A stretch of 64,000 bases of DNA from Atractiella rhizophila. Lineage: Eukaryota. This document shows positions 25,167 through 37,908 of the stretch, piece by piece. Location: positions 124,001 to 188,000 of the forward strand of contig MU271191.1 of assembly GCA_021432655.1 (NCBI GenBank). Direction: 5' to 3'. A program made the translations under genes and the position numbers. Below the pieces are notes generated by a model. The model did not search any database, was not told the origin of the DNA, and saw only the letters and a program-made list of their open reading frames with translations. The stretch's first letter is position 1, and each line of letters starts with the position of its first letter.

Positions 25167-28100
25167 TCAGTGATTGAATACTCGTAACACTTCCTTGTAA
25201 ACTACATTATCTGTTTGCTTGTTTTCTTCTCCTTGCTTTGTTTTGACCAATACTCGTAAATTGTTCGCGTTTGAAACCCGTGAAAGACCAACATAAAGCT
25301 GCCCATGAGAGAAAGGAGAAGACTCTAAGTACAAACCCGCATGTCCAACAGATTGTCCTTGCGCTTTATTCAGAGTTAAGGCAAACGCTAAGCGCACAGG
25401 GAATTGAAAGCGCCGGAATTGAAAAGGAAGCTGGTTTGATACTGCACTGTCAACGCCAATTCGAGGAATGAGAACTGATTCGCCACTGTGTGCACCTGTA
25501 ATGATGGTTGCTTCGATGACTCGTGGAGAAGCTGAGTGACAATGAGCCGCGTGCCGTTGCACAGGCCAGCAGATGGATTGAGATTTCGCAGAAGAATGAT
25601 GGGTGCACCGGTCTTGAGGTGTAAACGATGCGAAGGGAATCCAGAGATCTCCAGGGTATTCAGGTACTCGACCGAGAAGCGATTTCTGAGATCTCCCTCG
25701 TCATCTATAATTTGATCTGCACTGTAATATACCCGATCTCCTGTGGGTTCGAGCCACTGAATCAAGTGATCATTGATGCCATCCACATCCACATTTTTTG
25801 CTGCTAGAATCATGCGAACCCAGAAGTATTCTTAAAGGAAGCTCAGAGGAGGGATATTTCACAGCGAATCTATTTGTCGGTAAATTGAGCACAACAGACC
25901 ATCTAGTCCTTTGTGGGATGGAATAATAGATCCATCTGGTATCATTACGGCTCCACATCCATTGCCTGATGGATCATCAATGAGACCATTTCCAACATCA
26001 AGGAGCCACTGGGCAAATCTGGTTGCACCCTGAAATTCGGCTGGTGCCATTTCCTGTTGGCCTCGAAGAAGGCGCATATTGGTTTTCAAAGGGCAGGACT
26101 TGAACATTCAGCCAGAAGTAAGAATTAATGATGCAGGCATCCACAATCTGAGCTCGGCTTCCATTTGGCACTACCGGAAGACACTGTCTGCCATCTCCTG
26201 TGAACAGTATGTCAATAAAGAACTACTTAAAGGGAAGTATCATACCACAGAAAACCATAAGTGTTCCTCCAAATGGTCTTGAATCCTTTTTAAGGTCCTG
26301 TCCCAACCGATCCACACAGCTGACGGAGAGGCGATCACTCATAATGGCTTCATCCCACAGGATAATTTCTGCCTTGACATATAGCCTTCCATGATCACTT
26401 TGAGCCGAAATACCACAAACTGATTGAGCATCTGCATTGAGGGGAATCTTGAATCGTATATGAGCAGTACGACCACCTTCAAGCAGAATAGCAGCAATTC
26501 CAGAAGAGGCTACTGCCAGTGCAATCTTCTTGGATGATCTTACTCTTGCCAGTATAAGATTCTGAACAAAAGTCTTTCCAGTTCCTCCAGGCCCATCAAG
26601 AAAGAAGAGTCCTCCGGTACCACTCTGCCAGGCTTCGATGATTGTATCGTATGCATGTCGTTGATCCTCATTCATAAGAGGAAGATCCCTATCAAGACGT
26701 TGCTCCAACTCTGTAACGTTGTATGCCAGCTCTTCTCCAATTATTCTTGTCTCTCCTCCCCATCGTCCAAACCTGTAAGCAGGTAATGGCAGCCTATACT
26801 CCTCTAGTGTCTTGCCTAGACCATGTAGCAGATCCTCTAGTTCGATAAGGCATAAGTCTCGGATCTGATCTTCAGAAGGTGCAGCGATTCCATAAACTGT
26901 TTGCAGACGATGCGCACAATCATCATTGAGCTTGTCATAGTGTCTTCGAAACAGTTGTAATGGTTCGCTGGCAACCCCAAAGACCACAATATAGACAAAA
27001 AGAGAGCGGATTGCTGATCCTCGTTTGATTGCGTTGGCATCTTCCAGACACAGATCCCATTCTTTGTCACTTTCCAGTAGACCTGACGCCACACAGGCTG
27101 CTTTGAATGTTTCGTGAACTTGACCATCAATTGTACAAATATCTTCAAAAGATTTAGGACTGGGGATCTTGTGAAGAAGTAGTCGAAGATAAAATAGCTC
27201 CCCTTGTAACGGCGCAATATAATATATCCGACCAATAGCATCACCTTTCTCACGTATCTTCCAGCGCTTTGAACTACTCTGCCAGACCAAATGTCGAGGT
27301 GCTTGAGGATAGGTCCACAATCGGGAGACCTGGGGAGAGTCACGGCAAAATTGAAAAAAATTCGCTAAGCATTGTTTTCCCAATGTTTCTCCTTGAAAGT
27401 ATATCTTCAGGTTGATCATCTTCTGCATTAAAAATGACCATCTGTTGATTTGGAAGATGAATGCTCAGTCGAATCACAGTTGGAGAGTGATCATGAAGCT
27501 TGAAGTGGAAAATTCGCCAGCATGCTACAACCATACTTAACCCTTAACCTTTGAGGAATGGACTGAACAAACCTTCTGAAGCACCCACATATCGTGCATC
27601 TAAATACTCTTTAATCTCATCCACTGGCTCTCTTGCTCCACTGAAATCTGATTCGATGACTAATTGTGCTCTATCCGGCCCCGTGTATACATATTTGAAC
27701 ATATACTTGACTGAGCGAATTGAGATGCAGATCTCAGTGTTGATGTGAGCCAGAAACTTCCTCAGGACCCAAGCATTAAAAGTCACTACCCATCGATTAT
27801 CATATATAAACTCTTGGCCACGTATCATCTTGTGAAAAACCCGGCTGTCGTTACGCCGCCGATAGGTAGGGTAGCCATTATCATTGATTCTCGTTTCCTC
27901 AACAAAAGGCTTGGGATACCCTTTGCCACACTTCCCATTGACCATGCAAGGTGCACCTGGATTATGTTCACCACATGGGCCATGTAGCATATGCTTGGTG
28001 ACTATTTCAAATAATACAGGATCCTTGTCCAGATCAGGCAGCTCTGATTGAATTACTTGATCAATAGTCGCCTCGTCCCTGATAAGATCTTTAGGATGAA

Positions 28101-30058
28101 GAATCAACAGGATGTGCGCATGTGGTAGACCCCTCTTCTGAAATTCAATGACCCAGACATATCCGATAACCCTTCCAAAGATCTGTCGTACCACTAAATC
28201 CTTGATGTACTCCAGAGCCTTCAGTCGAAAAACCCTTGAAACTAAATCTGGCCGATCCTCAGGTTTTTGTCCTGGTAGGATGGCTTCCGTGATCTCTGCC
28301 CAGTGTAGGTTGTAAGTGAAGGTTGTAAAGATATTTGGGAGTCCTTTGGCACCAACTATACCCATTGCATCCTGGAACAGCTGATTCATTGAACGTGGAC
28401 CGCCAGTGAAACTTGATGGTAATATAGTCCGCCTCCCAATATCTTCCAAAGAATAGCCTTCTGTAAGGGCATCCGTAAGACCTTGATACACCTCAGCTCG
28501 AAGAATAGACTGATTGAACCGCAGATAGCGGAGTCGATTCGCCTCAATTTGAGCATAAGCATCGACTACCAATTCTTGCAGTAGCTGACCACCGTAGAGA
28601 GGGAGTGAGAATATATCATTTCATTGATGCAACATGTAAGAATAGAACTCCATTTGGCTGACATGTTGTCGAACCCCGGAATTACCAACTTGCATGCTGT
28701 CATCATTGAAGTGCTCTCGCTCACGAGGAGGAAGATCGGCAGGCAGGTCTCGATACGGAATCTGTGGATGCCATCCTTGGTCCCCATATGGAAACAGAAG
28801 AGGAAAACGAAGTGGAAGGTAATTTGAGTTAAGCTCATTGACACGCTGTAAGTTGCTACCGGTTGTGGTTGCCCTGAGCTGGATGATAATATCTCTGGCC
28901 ACTCCATATTCTTCTCTGTTACCATCTCCTACCATCGCTACAGCAACTTCACTGGCTACAGGAATGTTGTAGCGTCTTGGGTCCCTATCTCGTGGAGCGA
29001 CTGTGCGAAGATGTAGTGTGGTAGTGGGATCCTGTTCCATTCTTTCCTTCGCAAATTTGTAGATCCTGGGATATGGTTTGACACGGAAGAGCATAGCCTG
29101 AAGGTCCTCAAGCGTACTACAATTCAGTGAGACTGAAGTGTTGCCAACTCTTCGTTCAGTCTGTACAGCTGAATCTATAATGTAGACCTGTGCAAATGTT
29201 TCACACCCTTCTTGTTGTGGTAAAAGAGTACCAATAAGGTGGCACAGCTCTCCCTGAATTTTGAAGGAATAGGGACCATGTCCAGGAAGTGATACCTGGC
29301 GGACGCCTAAGGATGTAAAGGCAAAAGCATTATTGAATACCCTGATATGCTCTCGAAATGCCTTTGATTCTATAATGATTGTTCCTCTCAGATAATGTAT
29401 ATGCAAAAAAATTGAATAGAAATACTTACCTGTTGTATTGTCATGTGTGAAAAGCTTTCGTAGCTTTTCAGGTGGAGGCAGAGGAACAGGCAGCAGCACC
29501 TGCTGTGGAGACAGCACAATGCAAACTTTGGATTTCGTTGTGGGCTGTTAACGATCTTCTCTTCCATCCAATGAAAGGCTTTGCAATGTGTACAAAGTAA
29601 TCCCCAAGTAGAGAGGTGGTGTGCCTCAAGATCCATATCAGGTGAGTAGTTGAATGCAGGATAGTGATGTTGCCTTATTTCGCCTCGCAACAACGGGATT
29701 AATGCCCTTCCTCATCACTGTCCACACCATCAGGATCAGGAGAGGATGGGTATGATCAGGTTTCTTCTTCACTGTACTCCTCAGGGGAGGGTGAATGCTG
29801 TCTCCAATGTCGTCGAGCTGGTCGTGATGATATAGATAGTGAAGAGCTTCGATGGTGCCACTGACACTGACGTGGAGCCCTAGTTGATCTTGTCTCATGT
29901 TGAGATGGAGTAGGTGGAGTAGGATTAAAACGTGCAGGGCGTTGCCTCTCTCTTACAGGTCGACCTTGGTATAGTGGTGCCTCCTGCTGCAGACATTGAT
30001 GCCGTTTGGATCGACGCTCTCGATTTCTTGTTTGATTTCTCTGAATTGCACGTGGCAT
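25167..30058 (-). pseudogene. Helitron RepHel (Rep HUH endonuclease + PIF1 helicase), intron-containing, with nonsense/frameshift lesions
   Basis: FTTFTYN, EFQKRGLPHAHIL, KYMFKY. Walker A GPGGTGKT, ASSGIAAILL.GGRTAH, DEA, LRNLN...GLCNGTRL, QFPVRLAFALTLNKAQGQS, HGQLYVGLSRV. In-frame TGA at 28621-28623 and a frame change near 25520. Confidence 0.95.
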
Positions 30059-30370
30059 GAGAGTGTAGCTTGCTGCACATAACAAAATGATATGAGTGAA
30101 GAATATATAAGCCAGAGTCCACACACCTATGCTTTTTTTGCTTGATTTGATTTGATGCTAACAGGCTCAGGGATACTATGGTAGACTATTAGGAAGCATA
30201 TTTGTGGTGAAAGAAACTGTTTCACTTGCATGAATGCTTGCTCACTTTCCCTCATAGTTGGCAAACAACAGTTTTTGGCACATGACATGAGAAGTCTCAG
30301 AGAGCTCTGAAGAAATTAGAAATTGCGGGCACGCAGTTTGCACACAATAGGATTTTGGCAGTGACAAAAT

Positions 30371-30456
30371 GTGACATGACTGAGAATCGAACCCACACCA
30401 ACACCAATGAGTCAAGACTCAACTACCCAACCATACACCAGCTACACCATCGCCGC
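30371..30456 (-). other. tRNA-like sequence with A and B boxes in Helitron 2 leader
   Basis: Minus strand reads GCGGCGA-TGGTGTAGCTGG...TGAGT-CTTG-ACTCA...GGGTTCGATTCTCAGTCATGTCAC. tRNA-sized but not a canonical cloverleaf. Confidence 0.45.
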
Positions 30457-30550
30457 AACCTCTGTGCCTTGAAGCCTTATTTGAGTAGGTAAGGAAATTT
30501 TTGTCAAAGTGCCGAAGTCAGTCACTTGACTCAGTCATGGAAGACGACTA

Positions 30551-30785
30551 TTTTTTGTCCTTTAAATAAGCTTTATTGTATACAGTTGGAAAGGCGCTGA
30601 CACGCGTATTCTGGTGGTACGCTCAGAATTTTGATGGGGTTGTTGTGGACCAAGAAGTCAATTGAATCAGTAAGGAAAACATTTTTTTTTCGTCTTTCAA
30701 ATAGGCTTTGTTGTGTACAGTTCGAAAGGCGCCGACACGCCTAATCTGATGGTATGCTCAGATTACTGGCAGGGTTGTTGTGGGC
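30551..30785. repeat. Two-copy direct repeat (~130-bp period) in Helitron 2 5' subterminal region
   Basis: AAATA.GCTTT.TTGT.TACAGTT.GAAAGGCGC.GACACGC...GGTA.GCTCAGA...GGGTTGTTGTGG occurs twice. Confidence 0.85.
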
Positions 30786-32261
30786 AGTGAGAGAAGTGCT
30801 CAAAAGTACATGCGTGAGTCATGCTAAAAACCCGTCGTGCTTTATATATAAGGATATTGGCCGACATATGTGCTGATGTTACAGGTATGGACACCAGATC
30901 TTATCTCAGGGTACGTGTCAAGGTTTGGTTACAGCAACTGCAGGTCAGCAGGTCAGGTACCCAACACAACACAATCCCTTCTACCTTGGTCTCCACTTCC
31001 TCAGAGTCTCAAGTAGTTTCTGCTCATGTACAACAAAGATTCAGTAGCTTGGATTATGATGATAATGGTGGATACAAGGACTCAGTGTTCATTACTAGTA
31101 AAGTACCATCCTGAGTCACGCACCTTGGGATCAACTCCCAATTCCCTTCCCAAGTATGAATCACACTGCAGGACAATTGATCCTCTCCACCCCTTGACCT
31201 CCATATTACAGTGGAGCATTTCGTCGAGGCAAACGTTACCGTGTGCCCAGCAAGCAGCTCTAATCTCAAACGCTGCTCTGGTAGCAGAAGATCCCCTCCT
31301 TCCCATCCTCCTCCTAGCTGTTCACCACCATGAAAGGGGATGACTAAGCACAACTTATGATCCTTTTTGTCCACATAAAAGACAAGTGGAGACGCCGTAG
31401 TTGAGAACGACCCCAGTGAATATACCGCTTAGGCCCAGACCTCCCACAGTCCCTGGTACATTATCCCATAAATCCCTCATGGATTCAGTTTGTTCCGGGA
31501 AGTGTTCTTCCAGCTGATGGATGTGATACCATCAAATCTTGTCACCAACAACCGGATGTGCTCACCTTCCTGACAACAGCACTCCAGCAAGGTTCTAGGT
31601 GCTGGACCATGGCTCTAAACCTAGGCTTCAATTCTTGCAATTCGCGCGACTCATACACGCCCATCTGAGATCACGATCGTTGAGTAGTCTTCCCATGTCA
31701 TCATGACTTATACCTGATGTTCCCCCTTGATAAGCATGCGATCATATCTGACCTCAGCCATTTGATCTGGGTTGATACCATTGCATTGATACAGCTGGAA
31801 GTGACAAGCAGAAAAAGGATGATCCAATTCACTGGACCCTTCTGGTGGTGACGGCGGTACTTCTAATAGTATCCTTCTGGCGTGTTGACCTGTCACCCAC
31901 CATCACCATCTCTTGGCACAGCTCTGTTATTATTCGTGACTCACTGATCTTCTCACATGCCTGAGCACGGAAGTTGCAAAATCGATGAAGAACTGGGACA
32001 TCGTTTCGGTCCGTAAATATTGCTTCCGCTCTAAACACCAGCAAATCTCAGTTGGAACCAAGACCTCTTTTTGTCTGCAGACAAGAAATGTAAAATCCCC
32101 TTACTCTTCAAATAAGGACGCCCGAAAGTGCAAATACGGCGCATCTGCGCTTATTAGGTATGTTCCTTGGTCGTCCTTGGATAATATCTTGTCCACGTTA
32201 GCCCATTTATCTAGTTCTACGCTGCGGCGTTGAGCATCCCGCCGACATGCCTGAGTTTTCT

Positions 32262-34148
32262 CTAACTTCGCTCTTCGTCTCCGGGCATGCGTTCGACCGT
32301 ATGTCGGTTAACGTCGAACTCAATGAATCGCAATCTAACACAGCAGAGCTGAATACTGCGAGTTCTATCCCTGTGATTCAGGACTGAGGTTCGATGGTAA
32401 AGAGTTTCGAACCTTCCATCCTCGATTTGGGGAACTACTGGGCGTTGAGGCTGATTTTCCTTGGCTGGCCTGTTTCCTCCAAGCGAAGTTAGTCCGTCGA
32501 AGGATACCTGCAACTGCGGGACGGGCCCGCGTTGTCTATAGAAGTCGTCCAACGTCCCGAGGCTCAGGCTTCCTATCTGAATCGTACGCCACCAGTTCTG
32601 ATACTTGATGGTATCCAATCCGTTGACGTGATCCATAAAAGTTATGGTCAAAGTATCCTGTAGCTGATGCAGCACCGGAATAATCTTCTTCGACAATGGC
32701 TATGTGAGGCTCTGTTGAGGACCTTATATTCAGACCGTCCAAGTGATGAAATCCACATACAAGCCAAAGTACAGCCATCCTTGTAGGTACCGAAGCCACT
32801 GTTGTACAGGTTGGGGTGAGCAATGGCATGTTGCACCTGCATCCATGAGTTTTCTCCAAAATCTCCTATTGATTTGATGCTTGATGGTTCCATACTGAAA
32901 ATGAGCAGGATATGAGGTGAAACTACATCTCGGTGCCATCAGTTGCAGTCCTGCAAAACCAATGGTAAACGTACAATGTCTACAGGCTTGATATAGTCTT
33001 AGGCCTAGAACAAAAGTTGATTCAAACATCTGAAAGTCTTGAATTAGTTTCAATTCAGTATTCCTCTTTTCTTTCCATCGAGGGTCCAGACTATCCATTA
33101 ACTTAAGCAGATGTTGGTGGGCCTTGGATCGATTGAACCTCTGACGCTTGGCCGTCGGGTCTCGCGGCCGGGCCATCTCCCACCTGTGTATTCACTCTGT
33201 AATCGATTCTGAACAAATGGTGAGAAAACGCACTCATATACCTCAATAGCAAATTTCATCGTCTGTACCATCTTGGTCAAAGCGACCCACGATTCCGCGT
33301 TCGTTACGTCGGAGATCCTGTGCGCGAGGACGCATATGCGGTCGAAAGCGGAATCACCCCGTACCATATACAGGCACCTCCATCCACTCAGCATCCTTCA
33401 GTCTGGGCACAAGACTGTGTAGTCGTGACAACGTATGCTCTGTGGAAATGCCGGCAAACATGTCCAAGAATCGTCTCTCAGCGAATTCCAGGTTCTTGGG
33501 GGTGTCCCTTATCTTCGCTGCCTTCCCGTTCCTCTGACATATCTCCTTAGCCTGTGCAAAGTCTTTGCACCCCCTCGACTTGGCAATCTGGTCCCTTTCC
33601 GAGTTGTCCAGCTTCTGGCGTTTCCTCTCCGAACGAGCTGATTTCTGAGATCTGCGGCGCTTCAGTATTCGTCCGGATGGGTGACACTTTTCTTGCTTCT
33701 TCAAGCTGAGCCCATCCGGTTCTTCCTCCTCTTCGTCAGAACCACCTTCACACTCCTCTTCCGACAACAACAGTAAATCTCCCGAGCTGGGCGCTTCCCC
33801 CAACGGTTCCGCTGTGTCCACATCCATGTCGTGGTTGTCTTCACCCTGAGCCACTTCGTCGACGTCCCTCTCATTCGCGAAGCTTTCCTCCTCTTCACCA
33901 TTGTTACGCTCCTCTTGTGCGCGTCTGGACTCGTCATCGCTCCCACGAGCGTAGGGAGAAATTGCCAAAAGTGAGTCTCCTTGGAAGCCGTTGTATTCGG
34001 TGCCGCTTTCCCCGCGCCCCAATCCTCCCTCTTCCGATGTCGTCGCGCTGGCTCCCGCCGCCAGATCATCTTTCGCTACCACGCCGCAAAACTCGTTGGG
34101 TTTCCCGCCAGCGCATATCTCTGGACTGGGTGGCGTTGCTTCAACATG
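32262..34148 (-). CDS. Orphan multi-exon gene or pseudogene with acidic/basic low-complexity N-terminus
   Basis: Chain of minus-strand ORFs 33354-34082, 33098-33394, 32730-33176, 32648-32893 and 32262-32696. Basic NLS-like KRRR/RKRQK. No family recognised. Confidence 0.4.
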
Positions 34149-35823
34149 CCGCGGCTTGGTCAGGCAGCTGGGTCAATCAGATTTTGAGCAGGTATTTGGA
34201 CCTTAGCTCACCTTGAGCAGTTAAACTTATGACATTCGCAATACGCTGATAAATCCTTTACTGATAGAGAGGGAGGGAGAGGCGGTCTCGGAGGCGTCAC
34301 ATTTCAAGCTCGCTGCGATCAAAGGGTGAGATCGGGTACTTTAAAGAATTTAGGTTCTGTAAGAATTACCATATTATTTGCTCTACATAAGTCAATCCCA
34401 TAGTTTAACAACGGATGTTCTTGTTTTCCTTGTGGTGAAAGAAAAGTGAAGGCGGAGTGATGACTCGCCATGACTCCCAAGGCGCAGAGTTGGGAATGGG
34501 TTCGACAGTCTTGCCCTGCTTTGTCGGGTGCTTTTCCATGTTCATAAAGCACTTTTTTTGTGGTCGTTGGAACCGGTTTTCGACTGCAAACGATCCCAAT
34601 CCCACGTTGCCTGGAGCACCCCTTCAGCAGATAGACTGGAATCTTGCAGCTGTTCGCTTGTCTCAACGTAAACTAGCTGTACCCCCGGAGAATGGCTTTG
34701 AGGCGTTTGATGAAATTCGCACAGGAAGGTCATCAAGGTGAGGTAGGATAAGTCCAAACAATGTGCCTCCCAGATGGCATCTCTCTAGATAGTAGGACAT
34801 GGATCGGAGAGTGCACTATGCCTGAAATTTAGAACTGAATGGAGTGGAAGAATCAACAACGGTTTGAGAGTGCTCAGTCGACAGAGCGCTTAATTCGAGG
34901 GCAAAGTTCCATGGAGCGGCTCCCTTCCAGGACAGCGTGTAAAAGAGATGATTGATTGGGAGTAGCGACCAGTAACTCGAAAGCGTTTCAAGTCGTAAAA
35001 ATAAGAAAAGGTCGAATCGCGTGTTCCGTGTCCAATCTATCAGGATCCACAGTAATTGGTCTGATTCGCTTTTCCTAAGTCCGACCAAGGGAGTCTTCAA
35101 GGTCAATTCCGCCTATGGAAGGAGAAAAGGCACCTGAATAGTCATATTTGCGAGCGAAGCTGTCGTTGGCATCGGTCTCAGCTTGATGAAACCCTTCAAA
35201 AATGGATAATCAGTGACCTCAGCAACCAGCCCACTGCAAACAGCTGGAATACGATTGCGACTGGTGTCCTCGTGATAGCCAAAATCAGGCGAGCTGAATT
35301 GTTCGCTTAGACGCCTTTATCATCGCCAAGCCGAATACACTCATCTCCCCTCATTGGACCTGATAGAATCCAATGCTTCAAGCTTGCGACATTGAAGCCA
35401 CCATTTTCCGAAGTTCGACCTCATCATCACCAATGGTAAAAAAAGTATGGAGCTCTTTGTTTGTAGGCTCTGAATAATTGTAATTTTCACGGATTCTAGG
35501 CGTGCTGAAGAGTATTCCGATGAGACACTCCAACTCATCTCGACCAATCCTTCGAGACCAATTGCTCTTTGCGGTATAGATGCTATCATTGGACTACACT
35601 TCCATTTCTGGCGGCTGATTGCTTGTTGTTGTGAGGCAAGGGAGACTCGGAAGCTCGAAGCCTGAGTGGTGCGTGTGAGGTTAGTATCGAGAATAATCGA
35701 GAGTCGTTGAATTACGATCTCGCGTCTTCGATGTTCAACGTTCAACGTTCAACGTTCAAGTAGGAAGCGAAGGATTGGAATTAGAATGACAAGGCAGTAT
35801 ACTCACATTGAGTTCCACTATTT

Positions 35824-37804
35824 CTAAAGACAACTATTCATTTCTGACCAATGCCTATTGTGAAATGGACAGTCGTCCTCCTCGCTGAAGAAATGACATC
35901 TCAACTGGGATTCGAAGTTGAGGTGCTGCCGGACCGTCTCTTTCAACTTGGCGTATTCTTCAGTTGAGAAAAGGACATGTTCTCGGCCACATTCTTCGTC
36001 ACAGTGACCGACGGCGTCGCCTATACATATTCGGGGATTCTGTAGGAGTAAAGACTGGGTTAATTGTAAGTAATATATCCAGAATCTAAACAAGAGAGCA
36101 CCTTGTCCAAATCTAGCTTGCGGTTAGGATTGACGATACATGGACCTGCGGATCGTGGTTCCTGCAGATTCTTCAACACTTGCTTACGACATAGGCAAGA
36201 AAGTTACCGAGCGGGACGAGTGGTAGAATATTGTAGGAGAATCATCGATAACGTTCCTCTCGTCTGATGTTCGCAGCCTGTCGCGTCGATGAACATCCTC
36301 TCGTTTCTACAATACCTTTTAGTTAAGCTGGAACGGAAACGAAGAACAGTTCTTCACGTCAGGGGCTGTCCAGTGTTTGTTGTATGGGCAGGGCGTGGAA
36401 AGCTGAGAATTAGCAAGGACACACTCCTTGCGTGCACTGCACAGCTCGACATGCCTCAACTCATCCGTGAATTGCCTCAGTTGAGCATCCGTCAAGGTAT
36501 AGGCATGGCTCTGTTTGCAATCGGAATTGCACATCCTCATCCCGCGCTTCCACTCACCATGAGCGTCTAAAGTGAGCCTGTAGTATCGTTTGCAGAGTGG
36601 AGGCATTTGAAAGACTAGCGGCTGTACCATTGATGATCAGGGAACGGTGGCACAGAATTGCAGAGCACTGACGTATAACTCATTCACCTCCCGTCCTGTT
36701 GTCACTTCTCCTGGTCTACGTATAGCGACTGGTTGAGGACGGGGGTTCGTGCCAGAGGAAGGATTCCAGGAATCAGACAGCCGCTTTCCCTCTTCATAGT
36801 TTCTCGTCCTTATAGGAGGCGTCGGATAATCCGTAAGGGTCTGATGAGGTCTATCGAATCTCCTCATCTCTACAAAATCTGAGGACGACTTAATTTTGTC
36901 ACGTCCTTTTTCAGTAGGTGACGGTTTTCCTTGGGGATTTGACAGTGTCCTTTCATACTCGCAGGCAGGTTCGGCTGAGGACTGAGATAAGGCCGCATTA
37001 GCATTGAGATCCGTGTCAGTCGCGGTGTAGTAAGTCAACTCGGCAACTGGAGATGGCTTCGCTCTCTTTGCGATCACAGTGAGAACCTGCAGAAATCGGG
37101 GAGACTAAGGACACACCTTTGCATGCGGCTCTGCAGCTCCACCACCTTCATTCTTCCTCTTTTCTGATGTCCCTAGCTCCACGGTACCAGCTGCCTCATC
37201 TCCATTGCTGTGGAAAGAACGGAAGATACTCCTCAGATCAAGTGTCTCGATATTCACTTCCTCCAGCTCGGCGGATAGATCTTCTTCTTGCTGATGCAAT
37301 CCAATCAACACTCGCTTGGATACCTCCTTCGCCGTTTTGAGGAGTGGGACATGACTGGGCGTCGTACATCCAACGCAGAGGACAGCAAGGCAAGTTGGAG
37401 AGAAAGCGTACGAGCGGATGGTTTCTTCCGACAGCAATGTTCTTTTTTAGCAAATCGCGGTAGGAAAATTATGCAAACAGACCGGTGATTTTAGCTAATA
37501 TGCGACTAAACGAAATATCTACTGCATAACAATGCTCTGCCTCATTGAAAAGGCGATGGAATCTACTCTCCTGATGGAGTTCCTTGCTCTCCGAGTCGTA
37601 GAAAAGGAAGACTCGAATTTGAGCGCCTTTCTTTTGAGTCACAGAGTAAATGGCATCTTGAAGCACACAGAGAGAAGCATTGATGCCTTCTGAAGAAGCG
37701 GAATTAGGAGGATCGTACTCGTCGTTGAACTGTGAGCATTTGAATGAGTAATCTTGAATAGAATGCAGAATCGTGAGACTAATGTAATATTTGATTGATA
37801 TCAT
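35824..37804 (-). CDS. Orphan multi-exon gene with tandem CCCH-like zinc fingers; may extend to ~34300
   Basis: C..MCNSDCKQSH, CSARKEC...CPYNKH, CIGDAVGHCDEECGREH and CHFFSEEDDCPFHNRH in consecutive minus-strand ORFs separated by intron-sized gaps. Confidence 0.45.
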
Positions 37805-37908
37805 GCCAAACTGGCAGTTTTAACACTAAATTTTGATGATTTAAGCGGACCCTGATGAATAACTGTCCAATTCAGCGGTGTATAACCTTACAACTAAGCA
37901 CTCATAGT

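Larger units (their letters stand above)
24940..30854 (-). mobile_element. Helitron 2, complete (5915 bp)
   Basis: 5' A|TCCTTATATATAAAG at 30854. 3' hairpin TGCCC-N9-GGGCA followed by ...CTTG|T at 24940. Inserted between A and T with no TSD. Confidence 0.9.

Noticed and set aside
30877..31578. Possible solo LTR (TGTTACAGG...CCTGACAACA)
   Set aside because: No matching TSD and no second copy in the window.
35733..35759. (GTTCAAC)n short repeat
   Set aside because: Ordinary microsatellite-like slippage.
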